This document shows, piece by piece, positions 43,479 to 51,533 of a DNA stretch of 64,000 bases. Made by a program: the position numbers and the translations under genes. Positions within the stretch are counted from its first letter, which is position 1. Each line of letters starts with the position of its first letter. The notes under the pieces were generated by a model that did no database searches, had not been told where the DNA came from, and saw nothing but the letters and a program-made list of their open reading frames with translations. Source of the stretch: an uncultured cyanobacterium (lineage in GTDB: Bacteria > Cyanobacteriota > Cyanobacteriia > Cyanobacteriales > Cyanobacteriaceae). The stretch is taken from positions 1 through 64,000 of the forward strand of contig CAVQBA010000004.1 in assembly GCA_963710605.1 (NCBI GenBank), written 5' to 3'.

Positions 43479-44144
43479 ATGTTACTAAAATTATCTAAAA
43501 AAATACTTTGGTTAAGTTTGGTTAGTACTACTTTTACTACTTTTAGTTTAGCTAATCTTTCAGTAGCTAAAGCCGATATGGCAAAAGTTCGTTGTGATTT
43601 TTATATTCGAGGAGAAGAAAATATTAGAGAGTCAGATGTTTGTGATTTTTTCCAAAGACAAGGATTCATCGGCTTAACTAAAAGTGATGGTACGGATTAT
43701 AGTTTTGTGCCTGCATATCCCATTCAACCGAACGCTTATGAAGATGGAAATGGCGATCGAGTTATACGTCAAAATAATGGTGAGCAAGGATTAGTTTTAA
43801 CAACACAACGTGAATCTATTTATATTTATTGGGATAATAATCAATCTAATAACTCACAAATAGAGCAACCAAAAACATATACTAATGTCCAAGATTTTCA
43901 AAATATTGATATTGAGATAACAGAAGGTGATTTTCGTTTTTATGGTAAATTAAAACGTGTTTCAGGTGATTTATTTGTCGGTAGCGATAAACAGGTGAAT
44001 GTTACTTTAAATCCTTATAGTGGTAACGTAATTGTCTTCAATAAAATAACAGGTAATATTTTTTATAATTATAATATCACTCCTATTTCTGGTGTAGGGG
44101 AAAATTCAGATACTATGTGCGATCCTACTACAGAACCGTGTTAA
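43479..44144 (+). CDS. Hypothetical secreted protein
   Basis: N-terminal signal peptide ending AKA, 221 aa ORF. Confidence 0.7.
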   Translation: MLLKLSKKILWLSLVSTTFTTFSLANLSVAKADMAKVRCDFYIRGEENIRESDVCDFFQRQGFIGLTKSDGTDYSFVPAYPIQPNAYEDGNGDRVIRQNNGEQGLVLTTQRESIYIYWDNNQSNNSQIEQPKTYTNVQDFQNIDIEITEGDFRFYGKLKRVSGDLFVGSDKQVNVTLNPYSGNVIVFNKITGNIFYNYNITPISGVGENSDTMCDPTTEPC

Positions 44145-44196
44145 TGGTTGATAGTTAAAAGACAAAACTATAAATAAAGATAGGATATTAAATAAT

Positions 44197-44778
44197 TTAA
44201 CTATCGAATGGTGATTTTTTCCATTGTTCAAAATCTCTTTCAATGGCGTAACGAAAACTTTTTGAAACTAAAAATATACTAGTTTGTTTTTGCATTTGAT
44301 TCGGGAAAATTACTTGCGCATAAATTTGACTATCATCAAAGTTAGGATTACCTAGAATAATAGTATATCGATCGTTATTAGTTAAAGTCAATTCAATTTT
44401 GTCTGTGGAATCTAACAAACCATATTCTTGCTTTTTGTCTTCAGTTGCCGGTAATTCTACTTTGTTTTGAGCTTGAGGAAATAAATTAACTAAAAAAGAA
44501 ATTGCCCCATCACTAGCGACTAACTTTTGTGGTTGTATCATCAACCAAGGAGACTTGTCGGTATCTTCTCGATCGAAAACGATCGTTTCTTGGTTAGTAT
44601 AAATAGTTATTTGTTGAATATCTTCAGTCGTAAAAGAAAATATTTTCGGGTTGGCGATTTCTTGCTCTGTTTTAGAGTCTAAATTAAATCCTTGTGGTTT
44701 GATTTGAGCTAGATAAACAATGACAGATAATCCTACAGAGAAAACAACCAGACTAATAGTTGTACGATTAAATTTCAT
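44197..44778 (-). CDS. DUF4340-like protein
   Basis: N-terminal TM, W.M.QP, EYGL, ILGNPNFD..IYA. Confidence 0.7.
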   Translation of the reverse strand: MKFNRTTISLVVFSVGLSVIVYLAQIKPQGFNLDSKTEQEIANPKIFSFTTEDIQQITIYTNQETIVFDREDTDKSPWLMIQPQKLVASDGAISFLVNLFPQAQNKVELPATEDKKQEYGLLDSTDKIELTLTNNDRYTIILGNPNFDDSQIYAQVIFPNQMQKQTSIFLVSKSFRYAIERDFEQWKKSPFDS

Positions 44779-45098
44779 GAAGAGAAAAAACTAAACTATT
44801 TCTTTTTATCATACTTGATCGATTAATAGTTAATAGTTTTTGGTGATAGATTAAAAAAAGTATAAAAGGCTTTGTTGTTAATTGTCAATTATTAATTGTT
44901 AAACTTTGATCGAAAATATTTATTAGTCAATAATTAATAACCAAGTACCAATTAATACACTAATGTTTCCCGTATAATTAAAATAGATGAAAAGCGAAAA
45001 GTAATAACTCATAAACTCATTTATTAGTTTTATTCTCTTAAAAATTAAGATTTTTGCTATAAACTGGTTAAGAATTCTAATTTTATTGAGTAACTCAG

Positions 45099-47078
45099 GT
45101 GCAACTATTTAAAGAAATTATCGCCCGTTGGTGGTCAGAATTTACATTACAAACAAAACTCATGGCGATCGCTACATTAGTAGTATCTTTAGTTATGAGT
45201 AGTTTAACATTTTGGGCGGTCAATTCGATTCAACAAGATGCCCAAATGAATGATACTCGTTTTGGTAAAGATTTAGGAATCTTAGTAGCGAGTAATGTTG
45301 CACCGTTAGTTGCTGAAAATGATCTTTCTGGAGTTGCCAAATTTTCAGGACGTTTTTTTAATAGTACTTCTAGCGTTCGTTATATCATTTATGCAGATGA
45401 AACTGGAAATATTTTATTTGGGATTCCTTTTTCTCACAACGAAATTGCTAATTCTCTTAGTTTAGAAAGTAAATTACAATTACCAGAAGATTATAATGCT
45501 AAAGTAAACAAACCGATCGTCAGACAACATCTTAACCCTGCAGGAATTATTACCGATGTGTTTGTACCGATGTTTGACAAAAATACTTATTTAGGAGTAT
45601 TAGCCATTGGAATTAATCCTAATCCTACCGTTGTCGCTTCTTCTAATTTAACTCGTGATGTGACGATCGCTGTTTTTATTTCTATCTGGGCTATGGTAAT
45701 TTTAGGTGGTGTATTTAATGCTTTAACTATTACTCAACCGATTAAAGAGTTATTGACAGGAGTCCAAAATATCGCCGCAGGAAATTTCAAACAAAGGATT
45801 AATCTCCCTCTTGGTGGTGAGTTAGGAGAATTAATCTTAAGTTTTAACGAAATGGCAGAAAAATTAGAAAAATATGAAGCTCAAAATATTGAAGAATTAA
45901 CCGCAGAAAAAGCGAAATTAGAAACTCTAGTGGCTACTATCGCTGATGGTGCAATTTTGCTCGATTCGCAATTAAAGATGGTTTTAGTTAATCCTACCGC
46001 TCGCAGAATGTTTGATTGGGAAGAGACACATATCATCGGCGAAGATTTATTAGAATACATACCCAGAGAAGTTACAGGGCAGTTACAACAACCATTAAAA
46101 GATATCTCCGAAGGCGAAAATACTGAAGAAGAAGATAGTAATGAGATTTTGCCCACCAGAGGAGAGTTTACTATTAGTTTGACTAAAAAATCTCAGGAGC
46201 AACATACTTTTAGGGTGTTACTTACTCAGGTATTAGATAAAAATCAGGAACAGATTAAAGGTATTGTAATTACTGTTCAAGATATCACCAAAGAAACAGA
46301 ATTAAACGAGGCGAAAAGTCAGTTTATTAGTAATGTATCTCATGAATTGCGTACTCCTTTATTTAATATCAAGTCTTTTATTGAAACCTTATTTGAATAT
46401 GGTGATGATTTAACTGAAGCGGAGAAGTTGGAGTTTTTACAAACAGCTAGTAATGAAACCGACAGGTTAACTCGTTTGGTTAATGATGTGTTAGACTTAT
46501 CTCGTTTGGAATCTAGTCGTAGTTATCAGTTTTCGGCGTTAGATTTAGCCCAACCGATTGAACAAACTTTAAGAACATATCAACTCAACGCTAAGGATAA
46601 ACAAATTGAATTAATCCAAGATATAGAAGCTGATTTGCCACCTGTTTGGGGTAATTACGATCTTTTATTACAGGTATTGATTAATCTAGTTGGTAATGCG
46701 ATGAAATTTACCCTAGAAAGTGGGCAGGTAACGATTAAGACTTATGCTGTTAAAATTGATCCAGAAGATGAACAACGCAATTCTCATGTTAGAGTAGAAA
46801 TTATTGATACTGGGATTGGTATTGCACCAGAAGATCAACAAGCTATCTTCGATCGTTTCTTCAGAGTCGAAAATAGAGTACATACATTAGAAGGTACAGG
46901 GTTAGGTTTATCGATCGTCAAAAATATTGCTGATAAACACAATACTCGTGTTAATTTGAAAAGTAAAGTTGGTGTTGGTACTACTTTTTGGTTTGATTTA
47001 CCTGTGTGTTTAATGAAGGGAAATCTTTATCTGCAACTAATGGTAAAGCCAAAACGATCGATGTTTAGAATAAATTGA
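45099..47078 (+). CDS. nblS: Sensor histidine kinase NblS/Hik33/DspA (HAMP-PAS-HisKA-HATPase)
   Basis: WWSEFTLQTKLM, NVSHELRTPLFNIKSF, RVENRVHTLEGTGLGL; last ~20 aa possibly shifted at a GT repeat near 47003. Confidence 0.95.
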   Translation: MQLFKEIIARWWSEFTLQTKLMAIATLVVSLVMSSLTFWAVNSIQQDAQMNDTRFGKDLGILVASNVAPLVAENDLSGVAKFSGRFFNSTSSVRYIIYADETGNILFGIPFSHNEIANSLSLESKLQLPEDYNAKVNKPIVRQHLNPAGIITDVFVPMFDKNTYLGVLAIGINPNPTVVASSNLTRDVTIAVFISIWAMVILGGVFNALTITQPIKELLTGVQNIAAGNFKQRINLPLGGELGELILSFNEMAEKLEKYEAQNIEELTAEKAKLETLVATIADGAILLDSQLKMVLVNPTARRMFDWEETHIIGEDLLEYIPREVTGQLQQPLKDISEGENTEEEDSNEILPTRGEFTISLTKKSQEQHTFRVLLTQVLDKNQEQIKGIVITVQDITKETELNEAKSQFISNVSHELRTPLFNIKSFIETLFEYGDDLTEAEKLEFLQTASNETDRLTRLVNDVLDLSRLESSRSYQFSALDLAQPIEQTLRTYQLNAKDKQIELIQDIEADLPPVWGNYDLLLQVLINLVGNAMKFTLESGQVTIKTYAVKIDPEDEQRNSHVRVEIIDTGIGIAPEDQQAIFDRFFRVENRVHTLEGTGLGLSIVKNIADKHNTRVNLKSKVGVGTTFWFDLPVCLMKGNLYLQLMVKPKRSMFRIN

Positions 47079-47318
47079 ATTATGTACGGGTTGAATATTC
47101 TTTAGTAATTATTACGCTTATAAAGGGTGCAAACCGTCTTAGTCAGGCTTCGGTGTCAGGAGTGATCGTTCCCTTCTTGGTCGATTATCCATTGCGTGAT
47201 AGAAACCTCTTCGTCCAATGACCACTTGCACCCCTACAAAAAACATCGTAATTATTTTGTACAAATATTTATAAGGTATGATAATTTGATGTATTTTTTA
47301 AAAACTAATATTAAAGCT

Positions 47319-47479
47319 TATAGCAATTATTAGCACGATGAAGTACAGATCGATCCCCCGCTAAATCCCTATCCCCCTCTATCCCCCGCGCGTTCGGGGG
47401 AAGATAAGCAGATGCTTCGCTTTTATGTCTGGGGACTTGTAAATATAAACTGTACCTCATAAAGATGGGAAACGCTATA
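47319..47479 (-). mobile_element. MITE family B
   Basis: TATAGCAAT...AAACGCTATA termini; internal segment near-identical to 35220-35381. Confidence 0.82.
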
Positions 47480-47495
47480 TTTCTACACTTTAATA

Positions 47496-48322
47496 TTATT
47501 CATATCTTCTTTTTTTTGATTTGATAACTTGGGTTACATCATCATGTTTTTGTCGTGGAATAATATCTTTTAAATGAAGTTCACCATCAATATATTGAAT
47601 ATGAATCCGTCAACCAGAAGTTTTATCAATATCAGCACAGCAATTCTCATTTTGAAGAAGAATATATGTAACACAACAATAATTATATTGTAAATATTCA
47701 TAATTAAATCTAAATTAGACGATTATCAGTTCTGATTTTTCTTTTCTTTGTTATATTACATCAGCACTTCAAAAAAATAGTCATCACAAACTAGACCTAA
47801 TTTTCTTGCTTGATAAAAATTAGGCTTCTTTCTGTGATATTCATTACTTCAAAATCAACTTACCTTTACTGTTTATTTTTTCTCTTTTTAACTTGTGTTG
47901 ATTAACTTTCTTTCTTCTCCTTCCGTTAGTACAAATATGAATAAATCCTGCCAACTTTCAAACCATATATATTTCAATAACGCTCTTATATCATTAAAAA
48001 ATGTTTTTCTCCTCACTAATTTGTCTCTAATTTTTTGATAGTTAACATTCACTAATTCTAAAACATTGTGAAAGAGAAATCCTAGTAGATTTAATGATAA
48101 CAATATTTCGGACAAATTCATGTCAGCACGATAAATAGCTTTTTTAATGCCTCTAATTTTATGTAATCTCGTTTTCGGAAATTTTCTCTGTTGATGACAA
48201 TTTTTATCTTCTAATTCTGCTAATGCTTCTAAAAAAGATAGTTTAAGTTCATTACTCGGCAAAATCTTTATTGCTTCATAGATAATACCATATTCATCTT
48301 TTAGATTAATAAATTGAGCCAT
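47496..48322 (-). pseudogene. Small RelE-like/hypothetical gene split by an IS remnant
   Basis: N-part ends ...TRLHKIRGIKKAIYRAD at about 48123; C-part resumes ADIDKTSG*RIHIQYIDGELHLKDIIP..KHDD at about 47637. Confidence 0.65.
47638..48122 (-). mobile_element. Truncated IS remnant encoding a transposase C-terminus (ISNCY-like)
   Basis: NLSEILLSLNLLGFLFH...RKTFFNDIRALLKY.WFESW; end CAGCAATTCTCA; TCAGCA duplicated at 47632-47637 and 48123-48128. Confidence 0.65.
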
Positions 48323-48331
48323 TTTCAAAAT

Positions 48332-48718
48332 TTAAACAGTTTCTAAAATTTCTTTTCTCTCTTGTAAAAAATCTTGATATAGTGACTGTGCTATACCTCT
48401 ATATATATTTTCTAAATTTACTCTTTTAACAACTCGAAAAAAAGTAAAAATTCTTTGTTCAAAAATAGGATCTTCATCTATTGCAAATATTACCCTTAAA
48501 TCTTGATTTATGTTCATAATATACAAAGAAGATTCATCATCAGATAAATTAGATAAATTTAAGGGAATTTGATAAACCTTTTGATAAAACCTTTGCCGAT
48601 TATTAGATAATAAACTTATATAATAATTTGTTTTTTCTATAATCTTAGTTTTTTCTTTTTTAGTAAAATTAGTAATATCTTTTTCAAATGCTTTGGTTGA
48701 TTCGACTAAAATTTCCAT
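48332..48718 (-). CDS. RelE/ParE-like fold hypothetical protein
   Basis: ESTKAFEKDI...LRVIFAIDEDPIF; toxin-antitoxin-rich context. Confidence 0.5.
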   Translation of the reverse strand: MEILVESTKAFEKDITNFTKKEKTKIIEKTNYYISLLSNNRQRFYQKVYQIPLNLSNLSDDESSLYIMNINQDLRVIFAIDEDPIFEQRIFTFFRVVKRVNLENIYRGIAQSLYQDFLQERKEILETV

Positions 48719-48791
48719 ATTTTTAATCTTAGTATAAGTTAGTTGTCAATTTTAAGATCTTTTTTAAACTGATTTGAAACCTGAATTTGTC

Positions 48792-49059
48792 TTATGGCTC
48801 AATATTTAATTCATCATATAAATCATCGATCGAATTATATTTTTTTTGCATCGCTCAAATCTTCATTCAAAGTATCAATAGTTATTTGATTATAGCTTTT
48901 TCTTTGGATCGGAAATGGAATACCATCATTGATTAAAATTTGATGAAAGTAAAGATTAATCGCCTGTGAAGTTGTTAATCCTAAACTAGCTAATACTTCT
49001 TCAACTGATTCTTTGAGTTTGGGATCTACTCTAACACCGATCGTTGTAGTTTTACTCAT
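48792..49059 (-). CDS. RelB/DinJ family antitoxin (apparent extra A in a homopolymer at about 48840)
   Basis: IGVRVDPKLK..LGLTTSQAINLY..GIPF; corrected frame ends YNSIDDLYDELNIEP. Confidence 0.82.
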
Positions 49060-49190
49060 AATTATTTTATCCCAAGTTTCCTAACAATGTATGTACATAG
49101 TATAACTTTTCTCTTGCTAATTAAGTTTAACTAGCGTTGTACTTTAATTGAAAACTAAATTACTCGTTGTAATATTGGTTTCTACGTTAA

Positions 49191-49463
49191 CTAATTAAAA
49201 ATGCGATTCGACGTAGTCGCACCTTTGGTGAGCGCATCTTGATGATTGTCATCACTAATAATAACTTCTAAAGAAGAAGGATTAGGAATAAAATCTCCAT
49301 CTTCAATTATTAAATCAATATGTCCGTTTAGGGCTTCTGTTGCCATTATTTGAGCTTCTTCGATCGTCTCTCCTGCACTAATACAACCAGGGAAGTCATA
49401 AAATTGTACACCGTAGTCACTGTCTTTGTCTTTGTGTACTGTTGCGATATATTTATTATTCAT
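49191..49463 (-). CDS. hicB: HicB family antitoxin, copy 1; C-terminus altered by a 25-nt insertion
   Basis: YGVQFYDFPGCISAGETIEEA; near-identical to 50195-50488. Confidence 0.88.
   Translation of the reverse strand: MNNKYIATVHKDKDSDYGVQFYDFPGCISAGETIEEAQIMATEALNGHIDLIIEDGDFIPNPSSLEVIISDDNHQDALTKGATTSNRIFN
49208..49232. mobile_element. 25-nt SDR5-like micro-element inserted in a HIP1 site
   Basis: GCGAT[TCGACGTAGTCGCACCTTTGGTGAG]CGC; absent from the paralogous hicB copy. Confidence 0.75.
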
Positions 49464-49476
49464 AACTAACTCATCA

Positions 49477-49664
49477 CTATCTTAATTTTAACCGTGCTTA
49501 TTTTTCTATACTAATTAATGTTTTTAAAGGAATATCTTTTTAGGGTGAACTACTGTCACTTTTCCACTTTTCACAGAATGCTTAAAATGATGATGACTAC
49601 CTGTTATTTTTACTAAATACTATCCATCTTGTTCTAGTTTTTTGATTATTTCTTTACTTTTCAT
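49477..49664 (-). pseudogene. hicA: HicA toxin pseudogene
   Basis: MKSKEIIKKLEQDG*YLVKITGSHHHFKH..GKVTVVHP, frameshift, DIPLKTLISIEK*A; two stops plus an indel. Confidence 0.85.
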
Positions 49665-49669
49665 TCATT

Positions 49670-49925
49670 TTAATAAGCATCTTTACGATGTACAGCACTT
49701 ACAATAAGTACGATCGTTTCTTCATCTTTAATTTGATAAATCACACGATAGTTTCCGACTCTAATTCGATAAGTTTGCTCGTAACCTTTGAGCTTTTTTT
49801 ACTCCATTGGGGCGAGGTTGATTAGCTAAAAGTTTGATCGCTTCAATAATTCTGTTTTTTTCTTTCTGTGGAAGATTATTTAGTTGTTTTTGAACAAGTT
49901 TAGGAATAATAATTCTATAACTCAT
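49670..49925 (-). CDS. RelE/ParE family toxin; frameshift at the A7 run 49794-49800
   Basis: MSYRIIIPKLVQKQL..LANQPRPNGVKK / LKGYEQTYRIRVGNYRVIYQI..HRKDAY; ATGA overlap with the upstream antitoxin. Confidence 0.85.
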
Positions 49926-50131
49926 TGTTGATTCGCTTCATATTCTTCTAAAGTTAGGTAATCTCCTGCTTCATAATCTTTGAGAGATTGTGATATACTC
50001 ATTTTTTCTTCTAAAGTAATATCTTCTTCTACATATCTTGCTTTGATAAACAAAACGTAATCAAGAAGTTGGGAAACTAGAGACTCAGGTATTTCTTCTA
50101 TTTCCTCAATAAGTTGCTGTTTTAAAGTCAT
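49922..50131 (-). CDS. Small antitoxin (DUF2281-like)
   Basis: LKQQLIEEIEEIPESLVSQLLDYVLFIK..DYEAGDYLTLEEY; coupled to the RelE gene. Confidence 0.75.
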   Translation of the reverse strand: MTLKQQLIEEIEEIPESLVSQLLDYVLFIKARYVEEDITLEEKMSISQSLKDYEAGDYLTLEEYEANQQ

Positions 50132-50194
50132 AAGGTTTGATTTTCTATTTATTCTTTATTTCATTATTTAATTAAGTTTAACTAGCGTTGTACT

Positions 50195-50488
50195 TTAATT
50201 AAAAACTAAATTACTGGTTGTGATATTTATTGAGACATTAACTATTAAAAATGCAATCGCATCTTGATGATCGTCATCACTAATAATAACTTCTAAAGAA
50301 GAAGGATTAGGAATAAAATCTCCATCTTCAATTATTAATTCAATATGCCCATTTAAGGCTTCTGTTGCCATTATTTGAGCTTCTTCGATCGTCTCTCCTG
50401 CACTAATACAACCAGGAAAATCGTAAAATTGAACTCCATAGTCACTGTCTTTATCTTTGTGTACTGTTGCGATATATTTATTATTCAT
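50195..50488 (-). CDS. hicB: HicB family antitoxin, copy 2
   Basis: YGVQFYDFPGCISAGETIEEA..IPNPS. Confidence 0.9.
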   Translation of the reverse strand: MNNKYIATVHKDKDSDYGVQFYDFPGCISAGETIEEAQIMATEALNGHIELIIEDGDFIPNPSSLEVIISDDDHQDAIAFLIVNVSINITTSNLVFN

Positions 50489-50515
50489 AACTAACTCATC
50501 ACTATCTTAATTTTA

Positions 50516-50671
50516 TAGTCGTTTAAAATAATGATGAGACAATTTTCGAGATAAATTTGAGTTTAATTTATTAAACGGTATCTATTAGCCTTGTAATTCA
50601 TACCCAAGGCGGGATAAAGATTTAAGTTTTAGAGATAATTAATATTGTCTCAATCTTAATTAAAATTACTA
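50516..50671 (+). mobile_element. MITE family A, 156 bp, inserted in the 3' remnant of a second hicA
   Basis: TA duplicated at 50514-50515 and 50672-50673; about 28-bp imperfect terminal inverted repeats; empty site in the paralog at about 49489. Confidence 0.88.
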
Positions 50672-50966
50672 TAACTTTGCTTGTTTTTCTATACTAATTA
50701 ATGTTTTTAGATAGTGTCGTCAAATTATTTTACTCCATAACTCGATACATCTTATCTGTACGGCGGCTAAGAATGAACTGGTACGCTTCATGTCTTGATT
50801 TCCGCCTTGTCTTGGTGTGCGTTCGGTGTTTTGGTCAGCCTTCTTTTCTTGGTGAACATTCCCCTGCGTCTTCGGCTTCCGTCAGCGGGTTATCACCGCT
50901 TTGCTCCTGCAGGATGAGGATGTACTTTACAATGGGAGGCATCGATCGTTAGCCACTCATAACAGG

Positions 50967-51206
50967 CTCATCAATAGATGGATGACTCTCAGAAGTTACC
51001 TCACCAAAAGCATCGTATGTAGTAAAATTGATGATATTACCATCATTATCTAAAAAATAACGAACCAAACCTTAATTGTCAGCTAAAACCCAATTAATCT
51101 TACCTTGTGCGTTTTCAACCGCAATCACTTGGTTAACTGTGACACCATGAAGGAATCTTTCTTTTAAATTATTCTGCCCGTCAAAAACGAGTGCTATCTT
51201 ATCACC
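50967..51206 (-). pseudogene. RHS repeat-core fragment
   Basis: GDKIALVFDGQNNLKERFLHG..VNQVIAVE..INWVLADN*GLVR..GNIINFTTYDAFGEVTSE. Confidence 0.75.
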
Positions 51207-51533
51207 GAGACAACGGTAAAGGTCAAAGATTATTTTTTAAGACGATCGTGCTTAATATTAATGAGAATAAAATCAGCTAGAAGGACGGTAGTTTAAAGAA
51301 ATTCACTCTAAACATTGACCATCGTAGTTTAGATCGGCGATTACGTAAAATAAGTATTAAAATTAAAACCTAGTACAAACCTGTTTTTTTGACTCTTATT
51401 GCTAAAATAATGGGGTGTACGTTCACCATATTAATTTAATGGAAAATTTTTACATAGAAACTATCTACTAAAAGTAGTCTTGACTGTAGATATTATGAAT
51501 TAGACTTAAAGCAAAAAATACTGAACAAAGAAA

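Noticed and set aside
47120-47240. 5S rRNA, tRNA or SRP RNA
   Set aside because: No conserved 5S motifs, no cloverleaf or TTCGA loop, no SRP GGAA-loop motif on either strand
50701-50952. 83-aa plus-strand ORF
   Set aside because: Spans the hicA remnant and a GC-rich foreign fragment; likely a chance ORF
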